Shown here: one piece after another, positions 16,461 through 25,601 of the stretch
Layout: each line of letters opens with the position of its first letter
Position numbering within the stretch: the first letter of the stretch is position 1
DNA from: an uncultured bacterium
GTDB taxonomy: Bacteria > Patescibacteriota > Minisyncoccia > Moranbacterales > UBA2206
Assembly: GCA_903841185.1 (NCBI GenBank)
Contig: CAIMIV010000003.1
Span: 773-64,772, forward strand
DNA: 64,000 bases
Direction: 5' to 3'
The notes under the pieces: generated by a model
What the model was told of the DNA's origin: nothing
Databases searched by the model: none
The model's input: the letters and a program-made list of their open reading frames with translations, nothing else
Translations under genes and position numbers: made by a program

Positions 16461-19076
16461 ATGCCCCTAAAAAAAATAAAATTGAGAAATGGCGACATCG
16501 TGGAATTTGAGCGAACTAAGATTGAAAAAGCGATTGAGGCGGCCTGCGACGCTGTGGGAGAGAACAATAAATCTTTCATAGGTAAGATGACGGATAATGT
16601 CCTGGTGGACCTGACGGTGCGTTGCAATGATAGATCGGGGGAATATATTTTGACCGTGGAGGATGTGCAAGACTGTGTGGAAAAGCAGTTGATGCGGGAG
16701 GAGCGCTATGAAATGGCCAAGGCCTTTATCCTCTATCGCAATAAACAAAGTGAGAAGAGAGAGGAGAAAAAAGAGCAGCTATTGGAACAATTTGAAAAAC
16801 ATTCCTTGCAGGTGATCAAATCTAGCGGGAAGAAAGAATTGTTTGATTTGAAAAAAATAAAAAAAGTTTTTGACATGGCGGTGGCTGGCTATGAACAATA
16901 TTGCACCTTCGAAGATTTGCTGAAAGCTTTTAAAAAAAATATTGTCGATGAAATCAAAACCTCGGATATCAATAAGTTACTGGTGAAAACTTGTATTGAT
17001 CTGGTGACGGTGGAAAATATCCATTGGCAGGAGGTAGCCGGTCGAGTGGCGCTTTTCAATATCTACAAAGAAGCACGGCGCAACCGAGAAATTCGGCATA
17101 CGGAGATTTATTCTCCCAAAGCCGTGTTGGCATTGTTTCACGAATATATCAAAAGTGGTTTATATGCTAAGGAGTTGCGCGAGACGTATAGCGATGCGGA
17201 GATTTTGCTGGCGGCCGAAAGCATTAACAAAGAGCTGGACCTGACCTATGGCTACACGACGGTATTGTCCTTACAAAAGCGGTATCTCCTGAATCCTAAT
17301 AAAATTATCAAGGAATTACCGCAGGAGATGTATTTTTTTGTCGGATTATTTATGGCTATCCCGGAGCCCCCAGAAACGCGGGTGGCTATGGCCATTGAAA
17401 TGTATTTAGCTTGTGCGGAACAGAAAATTTCCTTGGCTACGCCATCTCTCATGAATGCGCGCACCACCTTTCATCAGCTCTCTAGTTGTTTCAAGTTGAA
17501 CGTAGATGATGATTTGCGAGCCATCTATCATTCCATTGAAAACATCGCTCAAATTTCCAAATTCGGGGGCGGCGTGGGAGTGTATTTGGGGAATATTCGG
17601 GCGCGTGGGAGTGCCATTCGCGGCGTGATGGGGATGTCCGGCGGAGTGAATCCGTGGATCAAAGTCATTAATGACACCGCCATTGCAGTCAATCAACTAG
17701 GCTCGCGTCTAGGAGCCATTTCCGTGACATTGGATATTTGGCACCATGATATTTATGACTTTTTAGATTTGCAAACGGAAACCGGAGATATTCGTTCGAA
17801 AGCCTTTGATGTTTTTCCAGCCATTTCCATTCCGGATCTTTTTATGCGAAGATTGCAAAATAATGAAGAAATCACTCTGTTTGACCCGCACGAGATTCAG
17901 ACCTTCTATGGAAAATGCTTGCAAGATAGTTTCGGAGCAGATTTTGATGCATTCTATCAACTGGCGGAGCAAGACGAGCGCCTCACTATGAAGAAAAAAG
18001 TTTTCGCCAAGGAGTTATTTAAAAAATTTCTCAAGGTGGTGGTAGAGACCGGCATGCCCTATGTTTTTTTCCGCGATACCGTCAATCGCTTGAATCCCAA
18101 TCAACACGCGGGGAACATCTATTCCTCTCAGTTATGCACGGAAATTTGCCAAAACACCTCCGCTTCCAAGTTTGCGGAAGAGACGCTGGAAGATGGCAAA
18201 ATATTGATTAAGTATGAACCAGGCGACACCGTGGTATGCAACTTGGCTTCGATTAATGTGGCTAAGGTAAACGATGTGGAGACCATTGGAAAAATTATTC
18301 CCATCGCGATGCGCATCTTGGATAATGTCATTACGCTCAATTATTATCCGATTCAAGAAGCCAAACGGACAGCATTGCGTTATCGCAGCGTGGGCTTGGG
18401 CTATCTCGGCTTGGCGGAATATTTGGCGACGAAAAAAATTGCCTATGACAGTCCTGAAGCGAGGTTGGCAGCGGATGCGTTATTCTCTCGCTATGCCTAT
18501 GCGACTTATCGTGCCTCGGTAGATTTGGCTCGTGAGCGGGGAGCGTATCCACTCTATCCCGGCAGTGAATATTCCAAAGGGAAAATTTTAGGGAAAAACG
18601 CCGAGTGGTTTGCGGAAAACACCCCAGACGGCGACCTGTGGAAAAAGCTTTTTGCCGATATGAAAATTTCCGGCGTACGTTTTGGCTATACCACCGCTCC
18701 GGCACCCAATACTTCCACCGCGGGAGTAGTCGGCACCACTGCTGCATTGTTGCCGATTTATAAAAAATTCTTCGTGGAAACCAATCTTTCCGCGCCGACG
18801 GTGCGGGTAGCGCCGAAATTGAATAAGGAAAACTTCTGGTATTACAAGGAATATATCAATATGGATATGAACGAAGTGATTGATATGATGGCGGTGCTCT
18901 ATAAATGGATCGATCAATCGATTTCTTTCGAATGGATGATTGATCCGGCCAAGGTCAGTCCGGCTCAATTATATGAGTATTATATAAAGACCTGGGCGCA
19001 AGGCATCAAAACCGTCTATTATGTGCGCAGTCTTTCCGGAGAAGTGAAAGATGATTGCGTCAGCTGTAGTGGCTAA
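16461..19076 (+). CDS. nrdA: Class I ribonucleoside-diphosphate reductase alpha subunit (two ATP-cone-like domains)
   Basis: ATP cone; ATPSLMNA, LSSC, SQLCTEI, CNLASIN, APNTST, KTVYY, CVSCSG. Confidence 0.95.
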   Translation: MPLKKIKLRNGDIVEFERTKIEKAIEAACDAVGENNKSFIGKMTDNVLVDLTVRCNDRSGEYILTVEDVQDCVEKQLMREERYEMAKAFILYRNKQSEKREEKKEQLLEQFEKHSLQVIKSSGKKELFDLKKIKKVFDMAVAGYEQYCTFEDLLKAFKKNIVDEIKTSDINKLLVKTCIDLVTVENIHWQEVAGRVALFNIYKEARRNREIRHTEIYSPKAVLALFHEYIKSGLYAKELRETYSDAEILLAAESINKELDLTYGYTTVLSLQKRYLLNPNKIIKELPQEMYFFVGLFMAIPEPPETRVAMAIEMYLACAEQKISLATPSLMNARTTFHQLSSCFKLNVDDDLRAIYHSIENIAQISKFGGGVGVYLGNIRARGSAIRGVMGMSGGVNPWIKVINDTAIAVNQLGSRLGAISVTLDIWHHDIYDFLDLQTETGDIRSKAFDVFPAISIPDLFMRRLQNNEEITLFDPHEIQTFYGKCLQDSFGADFDAFYQLAEQDERLTMKKKVFAKELFKKFLKVVVETGMPYVFFRDTVNRLNPNQHAGNIYSSQLCTEICQNTSASKFAEETLEDGKILIKYEPGDTVVCNLASINVAKVNDVETIGKIIPIAMRILDNVITLNYYPIQEAKRTALRYRSVGLGYLGLAEYLATKKIAYDSPEARLAADALFSRYAYATYRASVDLARERGAYPLYPGSEYSKGKILGKNAEWFAENTPDGDLWKKLFADMKISGVRFGYTTAPAPNTSTAGVVGTTAALLPIYKKFFVETNLSAPTVRVAPKLNKENFWYYKEYINMDMNEVIDMMAVLYKWIDQSISFEWMIDPAKVSPAQLYEYYIKTWAQGIKTVYYVRSLSGEVKDDCVSCSG

Positions 19077-19094
19077 TTCTAATTTACCAAGTAA

Positions 19095-19130
19095 TAGACC
19101 TGTTGCGCAACTTATTACGCGACAGGTCTA
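19095..19130. repeat. 36-bp palindromic mini-element between nrdA and nrdB
   Basis: TAGACCTGTTGCG...CGCGACAGGTCTA; partial copies 30727-30743 and 34284-34304. Confidence 0.65.
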
Positions 19131-19140
19131 ATAAAAATAT

Positions 19141-20184
19141 ATGAGTGAAAAAATGAACATGAGTCCCATCTTCAATCCGGAGGGGGATGATAGCGTGGCA
19201 GCGCGACGTATCATCAAGGGCCATACTACCGGGTTATTTAATCTAAATATCACCAAATATTCTTGGGCCAAATCCCTCTATCAAGTGATGATTGGCAATT
19301 TTTGGGTGCCGGAAAAAGTTTCCGGCCTGAAGGATGACGCCCGGATGTTCCAGATGGAACTTTCGCCGGAGGAGCAACGAGCCTATAAAGGTATCTTGTC
19401 CTTTTTGATTTTTCTGGATTCCATTCAGACCGTTAATCTGCCGCATCTTTCGGATTACATCACTTCGCCGGAGGTGAATTTGATTTTGGCTATCCAAGCC
19501 TATCAAGAAGCTATTCACTCCCAGTCTTATGCCACGGTGTTGGAATCGGTGGTGGAAAGCAAGGAACGTGACGAAATTTATTATTTCTGGCGCACGGACA
19601 GCGTGCTTTTGGAACGCAATAAATATATCGGTCAAATCTATGAAAATTTTATCCAGGACAAGACGGATGAGAATTTTTTTCGCGCGATTGTAGCCAACTT
19701 TCTACTAGAGTCCATCTATTTTTATAATGGCTTCGCTTTTTTTGATACCCTGGTCGACAAAATGAAGATGTTGGCGACTGGTCGTGTGATTGCTTATATT
19801 CGGCGTGATGAGCTGACGCATGTCACCATTTTCGCCAACATTATCCGAGAGATTCATCTGGAATTCCCAGAGATTTATAACGAAGAAATTATCAAGGAGA
19901 TGATGGGCAAGGCTGTTGAACAGGAGATAGAATGGAGCACACACATTCTGGGAGAACGAATCCCGGGTATGAATGGCCAGACAACTCAGGACTATACGCA
20001 GTGGCTAGCTAATAATCGCTTAGCGATGCTGGGCATTAGTCCACTTTATCCAAGTGCTGTGACGAGTCCCTATAAACATTTAGAGCGATTACAAGATACC
20101 AATGGCGACAAGAGTAATTTTTTTGAGAGTACAGTGGTGAATTATACCCAGTCTAGTAGTATGAATGGCAGTTGGGATTTCTAA
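19141..20184 (+). CDS. nrdB: Class I ribonucleotide reductase beta subunit
   Basis: FWVPE, LDSIQ, EAIHSQSY (radical Tyr), LESIYF, RRDELTH, NFFE. Confidence 0.95.
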   Translation: MSEKMNMSPIFNPEGDDSVAARRIIKGHTTGLFNLNITKYSWAKSLYQVMIGNFWVPEKVSGLKDDARMFQMELSPEEQRAYKGILSFLIFLDSIQTVNLPHLSDYITSPEVNLILAIQAYQEAIHSQSYATVLESVVESKERDEIYYFWRTDSVLLERNKYIGQIYENFIQDKTDENFFRAIVANFLLESIYFYNGFAFFDTLVDKMKMLATGRVIAYIRRDELTHVTIFANIIREIHLEFPEIYNEEIIKEMMGKAVEQEIEWSTHILGERIPGMNGQTTQDYTQWLANNRLAMLGISPLYPSAVTSPYKHLERLQDTNGDKSNFFESTVVNYTQSSSMNGSWDF

Positions 20185-20408
20185 CGGCTTTCTATGACCA
20201 GAATAATAGCTGCTTTAGTAAGAATAGCCCGAAAGGGCTATTTTTTATTGGGGCAGATTGGCTTATTTGAGCCAATTTAGTGTATTTACGTTTGACAAGA
20301 TTGGCGTTTCTTGCTATACTCTTTGGTCATGCTGAAAACTTGTTTAGAACCAGTTTCGGCAGGGCTAACTAAGAATTAACAACCCCAGCACCATGGGCGA
20401 CTGCGCCC

Positions 20409-21044
20409 ATGACTACCAATTATCAAGAATTTGCGCCGTTGGCTCGATTCATGATGCGGGGTGAACAATTAATGCGTATCATTAGTCTATTTGTGGCCCT
20501 ACCGATACTGTGGGCAACCTTTATGCCTCAATATAAGGCATTGGCGTCAGAAGTAACAATTGCTGATGAAACAAAAATAAATTTTGAAATACAAGAGCAT
20601 ATGAGTATAGCTGATGGGATTATCCATCTAGCGCAACTCGACATCCCAATGATGGTTCCTGTTGATGAGCCAGTGAAAAGTGAAGAGGAGTTGAAAAGAG
20701 AAAAGGTGTTGGCTGTTTGGAAGACGAAGCAGTTGTCTAAATGGGAAAATCTTCCGAAAGGACAATTCACTATCAATGCCTCTGCCTATACGGCTGCTGC
20801 TGATGAATGCGGTTGGAATACCGGAATCACGGCTAGCGGTTTGCAGGTAAAAGAAAACAGAACCATCGCTTGTCCTCCCGAATATCCTTTTGGGGCCAAG
20901 ATAAAAATTGAGGGTTATGGATTGTTCGTTTGTGAAGATCGTGGAGGTGCTATCAAAAAAAATCATGTGGACATTTATATGAAAACCAAGCAAGAAGCCT
21001 TTGCTTTCGGTCGCAGAAATTTGTTGGCAGAAATTACTATCTAA
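20409..21044 (+). CDS. 3D-domain (Asp-Asp-Asp) cell-wall protein; true start may be downstream
   Basis: ASAY, GITASG, IACPP.YPFG, EDRGGAIK..HVDIY. Confidence 0.85.
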   Translation: MTTNYQEFAPLARFMMRGEQLMRIISLFVALPILWATFMPQYKALASEVTIADETKINFEIQEHMSIADGIIHLAQLDIPMMVPVDEPVKSEEELKREKVLAVWKTKQLSKWENLPKGQFTINASAYTAAADECGWNTGITASGLQVKENRTIACPPEYPFGAKIKIEGYGLFVCEDRGGAIKKNHVDIYMKTKQEAFAFGRRNLLAEITI

Positions 21045-21050
21045 AGTTAT

Positions 21051-21093
21051 AAAAAACGTCCCGTCCCGCTAAGTGGGAGTGGGACGTTTTTTT
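21051..21093. terminator. Terminator, repeat family shared with 51172-51213
   Basis: AAAAAACGTCCC..CCCGCTAAGTGGG..GGGACGTTTTTTT. Confidence 0.75.
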
Positions 21094-21196
21094 ATTGACC
21101 ACAGGGGATATTTTTGGTAAGCTGAAAGAGCTAGAATTTTAGTGAAAATCACAGTTTTTTGATTAAGTCCGTTAAGACGGACGAGAAAGTATGAAT

Positions 21197-21267
21197 GGTC
21201 CGATGGCCGAGCGGTTAGGCAAGGGTCTGCAAAACCCTGTACAGCAGTTCAAATCTGCTTCGGACCT
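21197..21267 (+). tRNA. tRNA-Cys(GCA)
   Basis: GGTCCGA/TCGGACC acceptor; AGGGT-CT GCA AA-ACCCT. Confidence 0.95.
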
Positions 21268-21397
21268 CATAGATGCATAAAATAGACATAATCCTGCCCG
21301 GGTGGCCCTCCTGCGCCAAGGCTACGGATGGGCGAGGTTGTAAATGCATTTCGAGCTAAATAGATATTAGGAGTAGTACGAAGTTTTAACGAAATAT

Positions 21398-21480
21398 GCC
21401 CGGGTGGTGAAATGGTAGACACAAGGGACTTAAAATCCCTCGATCGAAAGGTCATGCGAGTTCGAGTCTCGCCCCGGGCA
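21398..21480 (+). tRNA. tRNA-Leu(TAA)
   Basis: GCCCGGG/CCCGGGC acceptor; AGGGA-CT TAA AA-TCCCT; variable arm. Confidence 0.95.
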
Positions 21481-21542
21481 CCCCCGTAAAGTCGCTTTGC
21501 TCCCACGGGGCAAGCCGCATAAAGTAAATAAAAAAAGAATCA

Positions 21543-22130
21543 TTATGATTCTTTTTTTATTTTTTCTAAAAGTTGGGGAATTTTTTGGAAATCTGCTTCG
21601 AATAAGGCGCGTGTTTTCCTGTTTATGCGTGCGGCTGCCGGATGATGAAGCGGAAATAGATTTATTTTCCCGATTTTTTTAATATCTATGTTGATAAGCT
21701 GGCCGTGCACCTGCGAAATTTTTGCATCAGGTAAAAAAGAGTTAAGGGCATATTTTCCAAGCGTAACAATTATTTTTGGATCAATAATTTTAATTTGTTT
21801 TTCTAGCCATGGCCAGCACTGCGCAATTTCTTCCGGAAGAGGATCACGGTTTTCCGGTGGGCGACATTTGCAAACATTAGTAAGATAGACATCTTCGCGC
21901 GGGACGTTGATGCTGGCAAGCATTGCGTCTAATATTCTTCCACTACTGCCGACAAAGGGGATACCCAACTCATCTTCTTTTTTTCCGGGCGCTTCACCAA
22001 TAAACATAATCTTCGCTGTGGGATTGCCGGAACCAAAAACCACCCGCGAACAGCCGGAGCGCAGGGTGCACGCGGCGCAGGAAGACATTAACCTATTCAA
22101 AGCATTTAATTGTTGTAATTTACTTTTCAT
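21543..22130 (-). CDS. Uracil-DNA glycosylase family 4 (Fe-S)
   Basis: CAAC, IGEAPG, PFVG.SG, TNVCKCRPPENR, HHPAA. Confidence 0.92.
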   Translation of the reverse strand: MKSKLQQLNALNRLMSSCAACTLRSGCSRVVFGSGNPTAKIMFIGEAPGKKEDELGIPFVGSSGRILDAMLASINVPREDVYLTNVCKCRPPENRDPLPEEIAQCWPWLEKQIKIIDPKIIVTLGKYALNSFLPDAKISQVHGQLINIDIKKIGKINLFPLHHPAAARINRKTRALFEADFQKIPQLLEKIKKES

Positions 22131-22248
22131 ATAATTTCCAAGATACAAGATACAATAACCAAATAAATTTCAAATTCCAATCACTAAAAGTTTGAATATT
22201 GTAATTTGATAATTGGGCATTGTTTGATGTTTGTTTCTTGGTGATTGG

Positions 22249-22794
22249 TTATTTCAGACTGTGTATTCGAACTAGTTCAAATTTATCGCTCTCCGTGTGC
22301 CAGATGGCAAAGGTCGGGGGATAGAAATCCCCGGTGACGTTGCCCGGGTTAAGGAGCGTGCACTGGCCGACAACTTCGGTCCAAGGTTTGTGGGTATGGC
22401 CATAGAAAACAAAGTCATATTTCTCGGATTCGGCTAGTTGTTTCGCTTCTTGGGGAAAATGCACAAAAGCGACTTCCTTCTTGTCGATATTCGCTTCGCC
22501 ATGATTTTTGAAAAGGTGGGCATTTTTATACGTGGGCACAAACTCAAAATCTCTTAAGTGGTCGTTATCCATATTGCCAAAAGTATAGAAAATCTCTCCG
22601 GCAAAATGGTCGCACATAAAATCAAGCGTTTCAGCATCCGCCAAGTCACCGCAACAAATCAATGCCGCAATTTTTTCTCGCGCGCAAAAATCCAAAACTT
22701 TTTTCAAGTTCACTTCGTTATTGTGCACGTCGGAGATAATTGCTACTTTTCCGCCAGGGGCGGATACGCCTATGGCGGACATATTTTTTTTCAT
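22249..22794 (-). CDS. YfcE-family metallophosphoesterase
   Basis: SDVH, GD, GNMD, H, GHTH, LNPG. Confidence 0.88.
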   Translation of the reverse strand: MKKNMSAIGVSAPGGKVAIISDVHNNEVNLKKVLDFCAREKIAALICCGDLADAETLDFMCDHFAGEIFYTFGNMDNDHLRDFEFVPTYKNAHLFKNHGEANIDKKEVAFVHFPQEAKQLAESEKYDFVFYGHTHKPWTEVVGQCTLLNPGNVTGDFYPPTFAIWHTESDKFELVRIHSLK

Positions 22795-22895
22795 GATCTA
22801 ATTATAGCATGGAATGTTTTTGTCGTGCTATGCATAAAAAATGGCAACCATCGAGGGATGATTGCCAATAAAGGATAAGTTGAATGGGGTTATTT

Positions 22896-23228
22896 TTAAT
22901 TTAGGGAATGTAGGTATCCGGTGCTCACTTCGCCAGTGAGATTGTTGGTCTCGACATACATAATCAGTGGAACGTTTTCCCGGGTAACATTTCCTCCCTC
23001 TTGCTTGGATCTGGATTCAATAATGAAAATTTTGTAAAAACAAGTGGTTCTGTTGATTTCCGGATGAGCCCCCTTGAATTCCGGAATCCGGAAGTTCTGG
23101 CAGTCAATTGATTTTTCGACACGCTGAAAGTTTTCGCCTTCCACCTTGGGTGGCAGTTCAGCTTGAGCAAAATTGCTCAATGAGACCAGGGAAAAACAAA
23201 CTGACAATAGGGAAATAATTTTTTTCAT
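22896..23228 (-). CDS. Secreted hypothetical protein
   Basis: Signal peptide ending AQA; AAGGAG SD; TTGACT-17-TAATGT promoter. Confidence 0.7.
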   Translation of the reverse strand: MKKIISLLSVCFSLVSLSNFAQAELPPKVEGENFQRVEKSIDCQNFRIPEFKGAHPEINRTTCFYKIFIIESRSKQEGGNVTRENVPLIMYVETNNLTGEVSTGYLHSLN

Positions 23229-23476
23229 GATGCGCTCCTTGGAGTGATGGGTTAGTAGTTATTATTTTGCTAAAATAGGTGTAATTATCCAGCAATGATT
23301 AAAAGTACAATTCAAGAAACATTAACACCCAATTATCTAAAAGTCAAATCGTAAGCAGATCATAGTTGGCTCGGAATGGGTTGTTAAGCAAGTCAGGATA
23401 TTCAACGGCCATTTGGGGGAAGTTGTTTATTCGGTCACCTTTTTTGATTTGAGAGGTCTGTATTATATTTTGAAAT

Positions 23477-24223
23477 TTATTCCTTTGATTCGGACAAATT
23501 TTTCCAAAGAAGTTCAAAAATCATTTTCATTGTATTGTGAACTTCAGAACTTTCAATGATAGTTCCCATGATTTCCTTGCCGGATATCAGGGATACTTTA
23601 GAGCCGCCATAAATATCAATCCCGATTGAAAAAGGATACTCTTCTTGATTAATGAATTTCATTGATCGGAGTTCGGATGTATTTTTTTGGAAAAGTATTT
23701 TTTCGAAATATTGGGTGGTTGGTGTGATAGCACGAACATGAATATTTTTTTTAACCCTGCTTTGTATAAACTGTTCCATCCATTCGTAACCTAATGCACT
23801 AACAGTGTCCTCTGAGGCAAAAGTCGTATATTCTTCTCCTTCGTAGTTCAATTTATCGTTGTAGATCTCTTGTATCCCGGTAAGACCTTCATAGTAGGAA
23901 ACGCTAACTTTTCCGATATCTTTTTTTTGAATAGCCATCAATTCCGGGAGCATTTCCTTAGCTTCATTTAGTTTTTCTTGGAAAAGTTTGAGGCATTCGG
24001 TCGGTGATTTCGCAACATAGAGAGTTTTCTTGTTTTGAGGAATCTTCAAAACAAAACCTTTTTGTACAAGGTTTTCAAGAATCACATAGGCTGTGGCTTT
24101 TTTGAGGCCACTTTTTTGATGTATTAAATAGGCAGTAGCTTTTTTGAAAGAAAGAAGGCTGATGTAGACCGTGGCCTCTTTTTCAGTAAAACCAATGCCA
24201 ATAAGAGTGCTAATCATTTCCAT
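23477..24223 (-). CDS. TrmB-family transcriptional regulator, copy 4
   Basis: GFTEKEATVYISLL...KKATAY; VSYYEG; IDIYGGSK...IIES...FELLW; near-leaderless start after TGcTATAAT. Confidence 0.9.
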   Translation of the reverse strand: MEMISTLIGIGFTEKEATVYISLLSFKKATAYLIHQKSGLKKATAYVILENLVQKGFVLKIPQNKKTLYVAKSPTECLKLFQEKLNEAKEMLPELMAIQKKDIGKVSVSYYEGLTGIQEIYNDKLNYEGEEYTTFASEDTVSALGYEWMEQFIQSRVKKNIHVRAITPTTQYFEKILFQKNTSELRSMKFINQEEYPFSIGIDIYGGSKVSLISGKEIMGTIIESSEVHNTMKMIFELLWKNLSESKE

Positions 24224-24428
24224 GAACACATTATAGCACTGTATTGGTGTATGGTCAATATTTATGACGAACAATAGTTATTTTATATAAAAGACTTATA
24301 ATTAGCCAAGATATTGATATCACGGGGTATATTATAATTGACCTTTTTGCTAATTTGTGATAGGATTGTATGTTCAGATAGAAATAGGTCTATTTGAAAA
24401 GTACTTTAACAAAACAAGAGGTGAGATT

Positions 24429-25547
24429 ATGACGCAAGTCCCTTATCAACATGGTTTGCAGAGAATAAATACCGGTGGATTACAATCTCTTTGGATGGAG
24501 ACGCCAGGCTATTGCAATTTAGCTTGTCCTTATTGCTTCGCATGTGGCGGGGAGCCACTTCGGACGGAAGAGCTGCTTACTTTCGAGGACATTGAAAAAA
24601 TTCTGGTTGAGGCCAAAAAAATGGGAATGGACGTTTTCGGTATTCCCGGGGCTGGCGAGCCATTGCTTCCAATTAATAGAGAACTCACGATGCGAATTAT
24701 TCGTAAGTGCGCAGAGTTGCAAGTCTTTGTGGCATTGTTCACCACCGGAGAATTTATCACCCCTGATTTGGCGGCGGAGCTGTATGCACTGCCGGTAGAA
24801 ATTTTACTTAAATGCAATTCCTTTAATCCTGAGCTGCAAGATGCGTTTGTTTCTGATGCAAGTCGGGGGCGGATTATTCATGGTTTTGGAGATAAAAGGA
24901 ACAGAACATTGGAGCTACTTATGCAAGTCGGCTTTAATGATGAGACCGCTTGCATGAAAGATTTCGGGCGTAAATCTCGGCTGGCGCTTGTTACATCAAT
25001 AATGACCGATGAAAAGTGTTTATCTAACTTGGATGAGATCGTGAGTATTTTTCGTTTTTGTCGAGAGCATAATATTATTTTTGATTGTGACAGTGTCTTA
25101 AAAAGAGGTCGGGGAGCTTCTTGTAATCTGCACACACAAGATGAGCTTTACCGAGATAAGTTGCTTGAGCTACAAAAGATAGACCGGGAGGAATATGGCA
25201 ATGACTGGAATATAACGCAGTCATATGCGGGTGGCCCAGCTTGTGATCGATACGCGCATCATTTGTACGTTACGCAATATGGGGAAATTTTTCCTTGCAT
25301 TGGCGCGACAGGGGTAAAATTGGGGAATATTTGTGACGTTTCTTTGCAACAGGCCTGGGAAAGTAGGGAGATGCAGATTATACACGCTCGTCAATATGGC
25401 GGGAAATGTGGCAAAGAATGTGCCAATTTCGCTGAAGGCAAATGTAATCCATGTCTTGGGCGACGGACGGTGAATCTCACCAATGAGTTTTTACTTACTA
25501 ATGGTTATGTGGAAACGATTGGTTGTTGGAATTTTCGAAAAAAATAA
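24429..25547 (+). CDS. Radical SAM enzyme with SPASM-type C-terminal domain
   Basis: CNLACPYC; GAGEP; C-terminal C...YGEIFPC...CGKEC......CNPC; GAGGTG SD. Confidence 0.88.
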   Translation: MTQVPYQHGLQRINTGGLQSLWMETPGYCNLACPYCFACGGEPLRTEELLTFEDIEKILVEAKKMGMDVFGIPGAGEPLLPINRELTMRIIRKCAELQVFVALFTTGEFITPDLAAELYALPVEILLKCNSFNPELQDAFVSDASRGRIIHGFGDKRNRTLELLMQVGFNDETACMKDFGRKSRLALVTSIMTDEKCLSNLDEIVSIFRFCREHNIIFDCDSVLKRGRGASCNLHTQDELYRDKLLELQKIDREEYGNDWNITQSYAGGPACDRYAHHLYVTQYGEIFPCIGATGVKLGNICDVSLQQAWESREMQIIHARQYGGKCGKECANFAEGKCNPCLGRRTVNLTNEFLLTNGYVETIGCWNFRKK

Positions 25548-25601
25548 AAGAGAACCTAATGATGTAGATAAGAAGTAGCTAGGAACATTTAGCTGCTTTT
25601 T

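Noticed and set aside
20329-20410. c-di-AMP (ydaO) riboswitch before the 3D-domain gene
   Set aside because: GCTGAA and GCTAAC are present and context fits, but the GGGGGAACC/GGGGTGAA core is missing; only simple hairpins are supported. An Infernal search would settle it.
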